Assembly (NCBI GenBank): GCA_023920165.1
Contig: CP089276.1
Coordinates: 4,154,001-4,218,000, forward strand
From: Curvularia clavata
Taxonomy: Eukaryota
DNA length: 64,000 nucleotides
Direction of reading: 5' to 3'
Part shown: one piece after another, positions 35,763-52,099 of the stretch
How the letters are laid out: each line of letters starts with the position of its first letter
Numbering within the stretch: position 1 is the stretch's first letter
Made by a program: the position numbers and the translations under genes
The notes under the pieces: generated by a model
What the model saw: the letters and a program-made list of their open reading frames with translations, nothing else
Told to the model about the DNA's origin: nothing
The model's database searches: none

Positions 35763-38700
35763 AACAATCCGTCTACCATGGTTAGCCTCATCGAAGACTG
35801 CGTCAAAGCATGATTGAAAAGGGAATGGGGTAGCATTGGAATGGGGCTGAGACTGAGGCTGAGGGGTGAGCATCACATGTCAGGAAGGAGAACGAAAACA
35901 AAGGATTAGTTACAGTATGTAGTCACATTAGCCAAACGCTTCAAGGTTAGCCAAACCAAGAAAACAAAAACAAAAAAGGTGAATCATCAGCTTCCAGTGT
36001 CACTCTCCTCGGAGTCTTAACTTCGTATAGTGGGAGAGAAGAAAGAAGAAAGACACAGATCGGACAATCTGAGAGGTGTCACTAGCACGATCTTCAGCAA
36101 GCGTTCAGACAGGTTGTGAAGATCGTGTCCACGCCGTGTCTTTTCCCATGTCTCCTCAAAGCCTCATCCTTCCCGTCCTTGCTTCCGCCTACCGCCAGCG
36201 GCAGGCTGCGGAAGGCATGCTCACATCATCTTAGTTTCCGCCCAGAAAAGGACAAGCCAAGCCATAATATTGTGTGAGCCTGACTTGTGTTCTCCGCAGC
36301 GAAGACATTTTTAACTATCCACTCTTGACTCATGTCCTGGGATATAACCGCGGACTCAACACGAATGTCCGCGGCAGGGTGGAGGCAGGACGGGGTGTTT
36401 GATTTGCAAATAGTGGCTTGGAGGAAGAAAGACGAGGTTTACCTGAGCGGCAATGAAGTAATGACAGGTCTAGTGGATGATGCAAGCGGGTGACTATGCT
36501 CGGCAGATCCACATAACTGAGAAAATAGACTGTAGCACGAGACCATGGCGGATAAGGGAGTGAGTGAAAGAGGGCAAGTTTATGGCTGAAGAGGAAGGGG
36601 TGGGAGGGAGGACCCACTCTCAACAGTTCGAGTTTGCCTGATGGTGTTGGAGTTAGTGATTTAGACCGTGCGGGGCCGTGGTGGTGCGTGCTTTCACCAC
36701 CGCTGTATCGACTCCGCGATGTGGACTTTGACGAGCGCAAGTGGAGACTGGAGTGCAGGAGATTCAAAAAGTTTGTGTTGAGTGGGTTTAACGAGGAGTG
36801 TGGAGAATGGAGAACGGCATGTCAAGGTTCAAGGTTTGGTAATGGTTTCGTGTGGGTCAATATCATGTCGGAGAAGGCCGATAACACCATACGGCGGAGA
36901 TACTGCTGGGCGCTGAGATTTTGGCGTGCGTTGAAGTCCTAAACGCGTTGCTGACATTGCTTGGAGAGACCGATCTTCCTCCTCTAGACCCTGGAAGACC
37001 CTGACTTTTCGGAGACAATATGAGCCGCAGGGTCCGTTGATCGGAAAACCGCGGTACGAGCGCGACCGGCGTTCAAGTTGGTAAATTGTTATCGGATTCG
37101 GACCGTATTGAGCGGCGGACAGAGAAGTCAGCGGAGACACCGATCTAGGCCTGCGAGACAGGCCTCACATTGCAATGCTGAACGGTCGTAATATCCGCTG
37201 CTGGACGTTGAGTGAAGATGACCGTTATGTCCGCCCGTTCGCACCCCACCCCTCGTCAGACATGCAGTTGGACAAGGAATCTGAGCATAGTACGCAAACA
37301 CGTATGTACGAGAGTCTCACCACTGCATAGTTCGCACAGCCTCGCCCTGCGACGAAACCATTTTTAATTTGAGAATGTCTTCGCCTATCTCATGCAGCTG
37401 CGTCCAAGCGGGCCGGTGGACAAGCTCACCCGTCTCCTGGTCTATGCTGCAAGCAATCCCCTAACACAGGGTGCCGCTACTCGGACTGGCGTATTTCGGA
37501 GTCATCTCCACCATGGCGAGGAAGGCGCTTTGCTTTGGATGAAGCTGCGTGGACCCTGTGTAGGCGCCAATGATACCGTCGTTGCAGTGTGTGGCTGATA
37601 TTGATCAAGGATTCGGGCGCAGTGGTGGTGGAGAAGGCGGGTTGGGTTGGCTGGTTGGCCAGTTGTTGGGAATTCGCCGCTCCCTTGGTACGGTAAGCCA
37701 TGTTTGCGGCTCTACAACGGTGGCATTGGCGACATGGCGTCTTCAAGACAACGTTGTGTTGGTCACAGTTTGGGGGCGCTATTTGTCAGTTTGATCCCGG
37801 AGAAGCAGATTTGATGCTGTCGTGGCAAAACTGCGTTCGTGGTGACTTTGACAGTAGTCGTACAACAAGATAGCAAAGGGAGGATTAACGCCTGTGCTAA
37901 GAATAATGCATAAGAGGCAGCCTTGGACGCTAGCCCCATACGCACTAGGCCATCAAAAATTCTGCCCACCTATCTCGCTTGTGGCTGTCAGCACGTCTGT
38001 GCAGTCAAACTACGATTGCGGGGCATTTGCTCCTTTGATAGTTTGTCTCTGTAGTCTTGCGACAACAGGGACCTGTTCCGTCCCGAAATGATATGAAGGC
38101 TTCCAACATGGCATCAGATACCCTCTGCGCACCACCTGGGATTGGCTAGGGAGCCGCAGAGCCCTGGTCCGTTGGGACAATCCTCCCGCTGCACCCACCA
38201 TGGCTTGGTGAGGGACGAGATAACATGCAGCTGTTCGGCTCAGACCCTCGCCGCGCAGTTCGCTCCCACATACATAGACATACATAGTACAACCCGTGCC
38301 GGCAATCGTCTATCCCGCATATCGGAAAAGAGCAGAACGAGACTCGGGAAGACGCCCTTACTTGCTATTGCTGAGTGGCGTTGAGAAACGGGGGCGAAGG
38401 GCTAGGCTACGCAGCATCAAGTCACACAGCATGTAGGACCCATGTCGGGCAGGCATACACACGTACAGCGTACGCATACACACAAACGTTCAACACATGT
38501 TCTACCACGGTTTTCTCCATCTCGAAGCAATGTGCTTTGTACAGATATCGGTGTGAAGATCGGTGTGGGTATCGCTGTGGCGCTTTGGTCTAGTACCACG
38601 GATGAGAACTACCCCGCATTTACACCTACATTACCTTTCGGCTCATGACCGACCATCGACCTTGCCTTCTCCTGAGTGCGGGCAGACCCCTCTTCGTATC

Positions 38701-41700
38701 CACAATACAGCCTTTGTGCAATCTTGATTAGTGGCCACAGGCCTGGCAGCCCCGTGTAGAGTGTGGAAGGCGGGGTGCTTTTGTTGAGAGCAAACCCATG
38801 CAACGATGCTGCAGGCGTTACGCCCACGCATGTTTTGTGCATGCAACGATGGACAGGTGAACCATAGGTTGAGAGATTGATGTGCAAGCGATCTCACAGG
38901 CGTCTGCTGCTGCAAGAGTACCACACAGCAGGGAGATTGGCGGACGGAGAAATAAGGGGCCAGGCATTCCATGCGCGCCCGTGATTCGAATCGTTGTCCA
39001 CAAAAGAAATGCGTGGCTGCATAGTCGACGCACAAGAAGGTGGGAAGAATCTGTGGCATGTGAGGCGGAGACGTGCAGTCATCCCTCGTCCGCTTCGTCT
39101 GAGGAGCGCAACCATGCCGAGACAGCCGTTATCGTTCAATGAGACGAGGGCTACCCGCTCACCGGCCTTGCCCTGCACACGACTTGCTTACTGTATGGAG
39201 ACGTAGACGGTCATCTGATACAACGGACGAAACAAACATGGTGTTTGCCTCATATGCGAATGCATTCTACCCTGCGAAGCTGAAGGGCCGATAGTGTTTG
39301 GGATACGGTGAAGCTGTTGGGCAATTTGTTGTCATCATATGTCGAACGTGTTAGTAATTCGACGAGCCGGGGACCGTGACGGCGCTCCGAAAACATGACA
39401 TGAGCCTTGGTGAGCAGCATGGGCAGCCTGGAACCTGTCGCCACCTTTTACTTTTCTGACTGACGCAGAACTGTCGTTCATGGTACCGTTGTTGTAGTAT
39501 AAACTATGTATTCACAAACGGGTGTAACGACGCGTTGATTAGAGTTCAGTGGCAGCGGATCCTGTAGGATCTGGAGGCCTGTCGATCATCCGCATATGGA
39601 AGGAGGCAGAGGACTACTGTACGCTGAGATAAGGAAGCTTGGTGGCCCAGCCCTGTATAGCGATTTTCCCCTTCTGAACTACAACTATGGCGACTGGTCT
39701 GGATGTGTACTCCGCAGAAATGCAGCGTTGGCATTGGACAGTACGATGAATGTCCAGTCCATCCCTCCAGCCTGGACGCAGACGCAGGCACACACGTAAT
39801 CTTGGTCCAGATATACCCAGGCCAATAAGAGACATGAAGACGAGGTCGAATCTCGGATGCGCTGTCATATATCGGCATCTTGCTGATCAAGTTGGCATTG
39901 CACGCGAGGCTCGCTCCACCTCGCCTCTGGCATGGAATTATCCGAACCAAATCCTCAGCGGAGAAGTGTCCATCACTTCGTCTTGAACCATGGTGCTGGA
40001 AAGTGGATTGCAGGAGTTCTGTGGGCGTTTGTGCGAGTCGCAAATGTGCCATGATACTACTACATTTTTGTCACGCCGTCACAGTGATGATGCTGATCGC
40101 AGCTGCAACTATGAGGTAGGAACAAAGTTAACAACCAAGACGACTGTCGGCCCTTTGCTGGATCTTCCCTAGAGTGGAGAAGCCTCTTTCGGCCCGTAAT
40201 TTGTTAGATGGGGCCATGTTTCCTACTTGTTTTGGCGCTGCTGCAATCCATGCAATTGACGCTTGCAGCGGATTCTACTATCGAGTGTTCAATCTCATCA
40301 CTGGTCAAGGTGACAAAAAATATGGGGGGTAGCGTGGCAGCAAGGGGGGTGGAGTAGCGGTGAAGGCTCCAAGCACTCGCAGCAATAACCATAGGCGTCC
40401 AAGTAATTGAATTGACAGGACCGGGCAGGCCTGCACGGGACGTACGGATAGGCTGGGATTCAAGGCCTATTTTGTTTTTTACAAAGGTATTGGAGAAAGT
40501 CAATTTTGACATCAGACATCGTGATCATGTTAGCGAAATGGATTTCTCCACAGGAATGCCGTAGGCGTGGGGATGCAATTTCAGCCTGGGTGGCCCGTGG
40601 CATGCTTGGTCTTACGTGTCATGTTGGCTGGCGAAAATCATTGTGACGTTGTGATGGATAAATCAGCACTGGCGCGAAACCTGTGTGCGGCTCTCGAACA
40701 GGCGCCCCCTTAGACAGTGCAGAGAGCTAGACGTACGAAAACCGACGGTGACATGGCGTGTCGTACGATGCTCTCTGTCTGCATCACTGTGGGGGATTGA
40801 GCAGTATCAAGACAGTCCATTTCTTGTCCGGATATGTGCCGTCATTCTGCTCAAGCACGCAACGGGTTGATAACTGGCTGACAGGTCGCCTAATAACGGG
40901 GCAGGCCCGTCGTCAGTCACTCCAAAGACCGGCACCATGTGATCAGCGTGACGGCGAGAGTGCATTCTTGGACAAGAACCGGTTCTAGGCAGCGGATGTG
41001 CATCCTTCCGGAACGGGGAACGGGGCAGCATTGGAGAGGCCGACTCATGGTGTTGACGTTTTTGGCGGGCGGAGTAGAAGCAGAGACGAGGCACAGGCAT
41101 GATGCAACAAAAGGGCCGCGTTTATAACATGGCAATCTGGTCAATGTGATACTGTCAGAGTCGCACCGAAGGACTTGCCCATCGGGCTTTGGATGTGCGT
41201 TACGATGTCGCGATGGGTCGGACGAGGCAGAGAAAGCGGGCTAGTGGGATGCGGAGTGGGCCATAGCGCAGCCAAGCAAACGCGCGGGGATCGACAAACT
41301 GTAGGAAATCGATGACGAGAAGTCCGTGCCCCCTGTCGGGCGGTGACAAGGGCGCGGCGTCCATGGCGAGTGAGTGGAGGGCAGATTGGGTAGTATGGGG
41401 GTTAGCGCCGAAGGTGGGTTGTGGTCTGGCCATTGTCGACATGTCGTGACAAGAGCGAGGGGGCGGTTTCATCGTGCCGCGCAGCGTATGTAATATGTAT
41501 TTTTACTCGAATGATGTCTGGGGAGATATGGCATTGTCTGGTTTTCCATGTCGGACGAGTCGACGCAGGCCGGCAGCGACGGGCGCGGAGATGTGCTCGG
41601 CTGACCCTATCGTGTGCACTGGCTAGAGTGCACCATGGGCTGCCATCAGCAATGGATGCGCAATTGAAGCATGTCAGAGATGTCGCGGATGGCAGCGCGA

Positions 41701-43115
41701 TTCAGACCGTCAGCGATTGAGGGTTGGACGTGCAAAAAGAAAGCAGGTTTGGGACTCAGCCATGGGCGCGGAGGCCGCCGGGCGAGCCGGGCACTGCTGT
41801 GGGCTTCGACGGCGACGCGTGGGTGCGTGTAGGCAAGGAACCGTGGGACGGCGGATGCGGGCACAACAACAAGGCCTCGCGGAACACGGTGGCAGGAGAT
41901 TAGCTCGGGTACGAGACCAAGGCCGCGTTGTGTTTACAGGCCGTCTAGCAGCAGCAGGCGAGGCTTTGGCCAGGCTGGTGTTTGAAAATGCGGGGAAGCT
42001 GTGAAGCCAATGTGCCTGACGGCCAATCGATGGCGCACCTGGCAGCATACTTGGGCCGAGTCGACACAGGCAGACTAGGCGATGTGGCCTCGAAGGACGG
42101 ACAGCTTGCGAAGCGGAGAGGCTCTTTTGCCCTACGAGTGATGAGCAGGCCCAGGTTGCGGGATGCACTATGAGCGCGACTGGGCCAAGGCGTTGGCTGG
42201 TGCGATGATATATCGGGGGCAGCAAATGCACGGCGACGTCTCGCAGTCGAGTTATCGGGCGCAGGGGCCACGAACTGCGTCTGGGATAGCCGCTAGGCCG
42301 TCTTGGGCTGGCGCGGCGTGTGATTGGGCGCGCCCCGACCGCCTTTCTTCCAAGGCGGCAAGCGGCACCGGCGATCTTGACGCTGCTGACTGTCGCGCAG
42401 AGGGGTGGCATATTTTTTTCACCAAAGCGGCTCCCAGGTCGCTCCGACGATCCAGGCACCGCCACCGACTTTGCGCTGTGTATCCGACAAGGACGGTCGT
42501 GGTGGTGTTGAGGCTGAGGAAAACACAACCGACACCGGGGCCGTTTGTGCGGGCAGAAAAAAAACGTTGGAACAAAAACAATGACATCACCAAACTCGCT
42601 TGAACTGGGCGCGTGCACGCAAATGAGGGTTTGCTCCGTCATTCATCGAGGGCCCAGTCCAGTTCGCGTGGCTGGCTTGCTTGCTTGCTTCTGAGACGAG
42701 ACGAGACGCGACGAGCACCGCCGGACAACGGCTGGCAGATTGCGAACGGTCGTGTTTGGCACCACCAGCGGCGACGTCGCCCCCCACGGCCCTCGGGCCT
42801 GGCGGTCGGGCAGAGGATGCCGGCCGTCGGCTGCCACTCACTCGCTGCAACAGAGGCACGCCGCACACCACCACCACTATCGCCGACGACGGCCAGTCTT
42901 GTATGCCACTCAAGTCGTCCATGCTGGCAGCCCGTGATCCTGTTACCATGGCCAACCCGTTCGCGCAGCCCAGCAACCAGCAGCGAGCGTGTGCGTGCGG
43001 ACCACCGAGGCGTCCTGGCCGGTGCACCGTTTCGCAAAAAAAAAAGGGCAGCCGTGCCAACGAGGCCAGGCTTCGCTTGACGTCGGGAGATAAACAAGCC
43101 AGAGATAACGTGAAC

Positions 43116-43151
43116 CGAGCGAGTCGAGTCGAGTCGAGTCAAGTCAAGTCG
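43116..43151. repeat. Pentamer microsatellite (CGAGT/CAAGT)n
   Basis: cgagcgagtcgagtcgagtcgagtcaagtcaagtcg. Confidence 0.7.
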
Positions 43152-44056
43152 TGTCTGTACCTCCGCGTACCTCTGTGTCGACGCTCCGCCGCCGGCACAA
43201 TTAGCAGTGGCTAGCCGCCTGCGCGCCCCTCGTCAGCCTGCAAAGCCTCCGCTCCCGTCGCAGTCGTCGTCGTCTTCTCGCATCAGTAGTCAGAACCGGT
43301 CGCTGTCGCTTGGCTGCGTCCAAAATCCTTGGTGCTGGGGCCCCCCGTCTGTTGGCCTGCGCTAAAACTCACATTCATCCCCCTGCCCGCCCCCTGCAAA
43401 GTGCGAGGCGTCTGGCCTGGATCGCTTCTCTCCGCCCCAGTGCTCGACGCCCCAATAGTCGCCGCGCTGCACCTTATTCTGCGCTACCGCCCTCAACACT
43501 CTCTCCTCCGTCCCTCCTCTTCAACACTTCCCTTGCTGGGGCCATTGCCGCCACAGACCCTTCCTTTTAATACCACCGCTGCACGCCTTCGTAGCCCGTC
43601 ACTCGACCCTGCGGCCTCCCTCCACCTCCACACCCTCGCCTCGCCCACGGTACTTGTCAACACCAGAGGCTCCATATCAACCCTTGGACCTCCCCCAACG
43701 TCGACTGGAAGCCGCCTCTCTTCCTCCCACAGCTCCTCTTGCGTCTCCCCAGAGGCTCACTCCAGCTCCCATCTCATCCCAGACGAGCCGACAACATCCG
43801 CACGTCCCGACGTCATCGCAGCTTTCGCTAGCTGTGACCTTCTCCGTTGCGACCTTGAAAACCCCCCACGGACGAGCTTTGCAAGCCGTCCCTTGACCTA
43901 TATCTGTAAGTCAAATCCCCCACACAGCGCCACGGTAGTGTTATCACCGCCCGGTTGTCGACACGCCACGCCTGTTTTTGTGCTTTCCTTGTTTGTCTGG
44001 GTCGGGCCAATCGCTTACCTTCACATCCCAGACTTTTCGTTACCATAATTCTTTTA

Positions 44057-44074
44057 ATGCTCCCTACATCCTGA
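44057..44074 (+). promoter_or_regulatory. Upstream ORF (MLPTS*) in the leader of the PP1 regulatory subunit gene
   Basis: atg ctc cct aca tcc tga; only ATG seen on + between 42951 and 44136. Confidence 0.45.
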
Positions 44075-44135
44075 ACACCTTCACCCCACCCCATCCATTC
44101 GACACTGCTTCTGTAACTCCCACGAAGCCGACCGA

Positions 44136-46380
44136 ATGCCTTACACACCCCCCTCCCAGCGGTCACCGGCATCCTCCAAGACTAGTAGTCCAACCCTCAG
44201 CCGAAATCACTCGTACATCGACCAGCCACCCCACTCGCCGGTGACTGCCCGCCGCCCATCCCTGCCCCGCTCTGTCTCATCCACATCGTACCTTGCAAAG
44301 TCGCGGCGGTCGTCATCGACTGTCACGATCGAGAACACTGTTGCCAATGGCCTCTCTCCAAACAGCACCATGGCCATGAAGAGCGATGCAGGCCAGCACG
44401 GCCCGTCCACAAACGGTAGCCTACGTCCGTCTCCTCCTCCTGTAAACGATCTTCTGATTCCGTCAGGTGCGATCACTACGCCTCCTGATTCCTCGGATGA
44501 CGAAGAGCGTGGCCGCAACGCTGGGGACCTGCTCCAACTGCAACAGGCTCTCCAAGGCATCGACCAGAAGAGACAATCTTCCCCAACACGCGAGGTTACC
44601 GAGAATGTCCAGGTCACCAAGCCCCAGCCTCCCATGACCCTGGCTCGCTCGCTGTCGGCTGAGGCTCGCAAGATTGCACACTCGCGCTCCTCGAGTGAAA
44701 TCATGCTGTCCCAGCACATGATCCACCCCATCAACACAGAAACCATCATCAGCTCATCCGATGGCAGCGATGCCGAGGACGATGAGCTGCGGATAAAACC
44801 GCCGCTACTGCGAAAGAAGTCTGGTGAGCTGGTCAAGCCCGCTCTCCGTCCCCCGTCCAGGCGACGCCCCTCCAGCATGCCTGGCACCCCCACCTACTCC
44901 AAGGCAGTGCACTTCAATGAGGAGATTGAGCAAGTCCGACACTTCCTCCAGGTTGACCGGCCCATCGCTGTCAGCGCAGGCTCATCGCCTGTAGAAACCT
45001 ATGACAGTGAGAGCGAGTACCCCTTTGAGAACACGCGGTCCAAGACACCTGAGTGGGACATCAAGCTTGCAAACTTCCCTACCACGGAAACCTACGAGCG
45101 ACAGACTGCCCCCGTCCGTGTGGAGCGCATCTTCCTCGCCTCTGATCATCAGACTCTGGTCGGCAACATTGCCGTTGCCAACCTGTCCTTCCACAAGCTT
45201 GTTGTTGCTCGCTTCACGCTTGACTACTGGAAGACCACTTCTGAGGTCGTTGCTGAATTCAACCACGATGTCCGCAAGAAGCACAAGGATGATGGCTATG
45301 ATCGATTCAACTTCAACATCAAGCTGTCTGACCAAGCCAACCTCGAGTCCAAGACCCTGCTACTGTGTGTACGGTATCAGGTCAATGGTCAAGAGTACTG
45401 GGATAACAACAATGCAATGAACTACCAAGTTGACTTTACCAAGAAGGTCAAGCAACGCGGGAACAAGCGCCCAACAGCTAGTCTGGGCGCTGTTCCCCGT
45501 AGCAGGCACTCACCTCTGGCTCCTCGCCCCCGCTCGATGCCGGCTGCTTCGTTCGACGATGACTTTGGCCACGAGTTCGAAACCAAATTCCAATTTGGTA
45601 GCGGACGTGCCATCATTGGTGACTCACCTAGCTCGTCAATCAAGCTCAAGCCCAAGAGCAAGCGTAGTGTGCCCCAGAACCAGGCGCCGCCTTCCCAGGT
45701 TAGCCAGGCATTTGCCTCTCGCTACGACTTTGGTGCCTCCCTCACTGCTGCCCTGTCAAATGCCCAAACCGCGCTTGGTGACCGCAGCGGACTAAAGCTG
45801 GACAACCAGGATAAGATGCACAAAGGCTACTTTGATCGCTCGGTCTCTACTGGCCAGTCCCACGCTGCCACTGCTCCAATCCCGGGCGCCCGCCCAGACT
45901 CCCTGACTCTGGAGAAGCCCGACCTCCAGTCTGCGGAGTACAACGAGTTGATCCAGAAATTCTGCTTTGTACGTTCCCAACCTTCACAACAACAACCTGG
46001 TAACTAGGTCTAGACGGAGACTGACTCGTATCCAGTTCGGCACACCTACTGGGAAAACCTCTCCAAATGCCACCACGCCTGCTGCCAAGGCCATGCATGG
46101 TGAAGGAGCCCTAGAGTACGTGCACAACAACAGTTCTGGAAGCAACCAGTCCTCGGCTACCAGCAGTCCTGCATCTCCTGCCATGTCCACCATGGTAGAC
46201 GGTGCCAGCGACCCTGTCGGTCCCCGTGGCCCTACGCCATTCTTACCTCGTTCAACCTCACCCGGTCCTGTCACCGGCTATGCCCCTGAAGATCGCTATG
46301 CCTCCTCGTATGATTATGGCTACACCATGCCAGGTGGTGCCTTTACGGAACGCAGCCACACCCCCCAGGCTTGCATCTAA
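44136..46380 (+). CDS. GAC1: Glycogen-targeting protein phosphatase 1 regulatory subunit (CBM21 domain), 2 exons
   Basis: RVxF-type motif KAVHF; CBM21 GNIAVANLSFHKLVVARFTLDYW and YWDNNNAMNY; intron ~45969-46035. Confidence 0.88.
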
Positions 46381-47480
46381 CAAGTCACCATCTTACCTGA
46401 ATACCGGAAATCTTTTTTTCCGTGTAACGAATTTCCTTGGACACGAAGTACGCTTACGACCAGATTGAGTGGACAAGTGGAGCGGAAGTGTCTCTCTCAG
46501 GACACAGAGCGCTCACGAATCCTCTTCATCACGGTACGAAACGTTGTTGTGGGCCAGCCATCGCCTTTCTCGCGTCGCCTTCTTCTTGGCGGACGCCCTT
46601 GTAGCATCATCTGGCCGGCCTTTTTGCTGCATTTCCACGTTGGTCATTCTGCATTATCTTTCTCTCTTTCCATGGGCGCAAATTGGGTTCCACCACGGAG
46701 TTCAGCGGATGTGTTAGTCTTTCATCTTGCTTTTTTTATTCCTCGTCGACTGAACTGGTTGCGATGCTCCATGAGCGATTCCACTCTGGTCCTGGCGTTT
46801 ATTGACGGTCGTTTCTGATCTGTGGGTTCGCAAAAGCTTTGGTTTGCATTTGAAGCGTACTGCTGTTGTTGTCTTCTTTTTTCTTTTCCATCTATCATCA
46901 GGACTGGTCGATCCGGATGCTCGTACATAGGCACTAGGAGATGCAGAATGCGAGACACTTGTTGTAAGAATTACTAAATTGCGTTGGTTGGAATTATATC
47001 TTCGTTTCGCTCGTCTTATCTCGACTGTGTGTGGTGGTTTCGAAGGTTGTCGGTTCCAGAGTCTGGCAGGCAGACTGCGGGGAGGGCGGAGGCCCCTGGA
47101 GGAAACGGGACACTCGGCCCTATATAGTAGTAGCAAGCACAAGAGACATGGCATAAAAACTCACCCGAATCTCACGATGCCCCCACTTGAGTGCACCCCG
47201 TGAGCATTACCACGGCCAAATGTACGGCCATTGGGCCTGGATTGTGGGCTTCCCCGGCCATGTGACTGTTGGCGAGACGTTCTGCCCCGCGGTAATATCC
47301 GTCAGCCGCTGACCGCCTGCCGCTTTCTGGCCAGCTAGTCCTCTATCCGATCTCACAATTGGGCCCTGAATCGCCTTTTCAACTTCATCCCGTCCAAGCG
47401 CGCACGCTCTCATAGTTGTCCTCGGTCCATTCCCCGCCGAGCTACCATCGTGACCTTGCCTCCGCCATTTATGTGTCAAC

Positions 47481-48833
<1,353 letters not shown>

Positions 48834-50189
48834 GTTATGCATGAATGCCAGAGGTCTGCCAAAAGAGAATGCAATGAGTGCCGCTTCTAAGAAAATGCAC
48901 CAACTAGTACGCACGTACAGTTGTGCAGGTCATAGCTCTGCTGCATGACAAGAATGCACGCTGGTATTCGGCATGATTCCAGTCCAGTCGTCTTTCTGTT
49001 CCCGCACTTGAGCATTATGGGACGGATGACACAGTCGGATACTAATCATACATCGACTCACAATAGTCTTTTCGCGCTGTGTTATTTATTCAAGTTCCGC
49101 AAGATCAATAACGTATACAAATACGACCTGATAACGATAGCCAAATGTGCATGCGCATTGAGCAAATTACATTAACTTTATTTATGCTGCCATGTTACCT
49201 CTGCATATGAACTGCTCACCAACGTTTACTTTTGCTGAGGAGACAGAAAGCTGCTGCATCCTGGGTGTATCTTAAAGGCCATGCAATAGCATGGTGAAGC
49301 TGGAGGCAATGCAAGCGCAGGCGCTTCGCCCTCACCTTTCGACATTCAGGTTCGTTTTGAATATCTGCTCAACTGCTCTTGCAATCCACGTCATCTTCAC
49401 CACCGCTTTCTTGCTCTACGAATCAATGTCTTGTATGTACTAGTTGAGATAACAATTTGGTCTTTTCCGACATATACCATCCCAAGTACAAATCCAATCT
49501 GACCTTACTAATTTTATTCATTCACGTTTGCATTTACATTTCCAGTTTATTCAACGAGCAACGATGTCACGGATGCTTCCAACACGTGATAACTGGCTGC
49601 TGACCCGAAATGGGTATTAAAGTGTGTAGTGGTATGTGTCTTGAACTGCGCAAAACCCCAGAGCGGGGAAGGGAAAAGAAAAGAACGGGCGGGGTAGAAC
49701 AATAGAAGAAGAAATAAGGAGGTGGGAGCATGGGGTAAAACGACGTAAAAAGAAAAGTGCGCATAGAGTAAAAGAAAGTATGTTGGCTAGCGTGGAAGAT
49801 AGGTGGGAGGGTGGCAGTTGTCGTGCGATATGGTTGTGCTTTTTGCATCTCAACCTCAAAAGAAGTTCCTTTTCTTTTCCTTGCTTGATATGCAAATCAA
49901 GACCAAAGTCTTGCTTCTGCCGAATAGAGTTGGGTTTGATAGGTGCAGATAGTTCATCTCCAGAACATACAACTGTCTCTCTACATACACGTGTCTGCGC
50001 AGAGCTCAAGGGACTACACAGTTGAGCATAGTATCTAAGCAAATGATACATAAGGAAGCTCCACTTCACAAATTCCCAAAGGGTAAAACAATTCTAGGTC
50101 TGATATCAGTGATATATCTGCATATATCACTGCAACGGATAACATTGTTTCAAAGGATATATACACATGAAGAGCAAGTCCACTCCTCA

Positions 50190-51150
<961 letters not shown>

Positions 51151-51802
51151 TTATACCCGGAGGGTCATCGGTAGCTGTCGGTAAGGAACAGCGGCAATGT
51201 GGCGACGCAGGCATGGCTTTCCAAATTAGTGGGCAATGGTGTTTGGATAGTTTTGATTTCGGTAACAGGGTATATCTGCCGTCGTAATTGTGGGGAAGTA
51301 TCGCGCGAGCGATAGTGCTGGGTGAAGCTGCACCCCAGAAAATCACAAGAACCACCGGTTATTCTGCGTTTACATGTGCGATCAAATCCATATTTGGTGT
51401 GCAAGCAGACCATATTCTCTCACTTGAAACATATTGTATCAGGGGTAGACGTGACCGTTGCTGATGTTCATGTTGTAGGCCTGACAAAGACTAATCTGAC
51501 AACGGTGTATCACAGGACTAGTGGAAGAACGGCCCGTCACACTTGGGCCACATTCTCCATCATTCTAGGAACATATTCTCGTTGTAACATTGTTACATGA
51601 TGCATTTTCAATCGAGGTAGTGTACAAGCTTTCACCGAGTGACCAAGCTCAACCAAGAGATACGCTAACAAATGCCGTGCATTGGCAAGCCAATCTATAC
51701 GCACGTTCGTAGCTTGTATCTCGGATATGTTTCTGGGCATGCGACTTCAGCACATGATAGCAATTGATTTATTCGAAGAGGGGTTAGTACAAGCAGTTTC
51801 GC

Positions 51803-51823
51803 TTAGCCAGCAAGCATTTAGCC
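51803..51823 (-). promoter_or_regulatory. Two candidate XlnR sites (GGCTAA, GGCTAAA) upstream of the xylanase
   Basis: ttagcc 51803-51808 and tttagcc 51817-51823 on +; TATAAA on - near 51126-51132. Confidence 0.45.
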
Positions 51824-52099
51824 GGTTTTCAAGCCTCCGGAAGGTTTCTTTTAGTTGGGATCGACAGGCTTGTGTGCTCCGCCATGTGCTACTGTAATAA
51901 ATACATTACGCCAAGTGCTCTGGAGGCTGGAGGGCGTACGACCACTGGTGTATAGTGACGTGATGCCAAGTTTTGTAGGCGGCGACTCGTGGCATTCCAT
52001 ATTAAACCACTGCCAAGACCCACTGTTATAACATATCCCATTGGGTATATTGGGCATATACTTGGTCTTTTATGGTTGGACCGTGTCGATTCAACCGCA

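Noticed and set aside
41710..43214. Overlapping 100-310 aa ORFs
   Set aside because: GC-rich sequence gives long frames on both strands; Arg/Pro/Ala-biased, no motifs.
43329..44048. 239-codon TTG-start frame as N-terminal extension or separate gene
   Set aside because: Stops at TAA 44046-44048 with or without the 126-nt candidate intron; low-complexity Pro/Ser/Leu content reflects the pyrimidine-rich leader.
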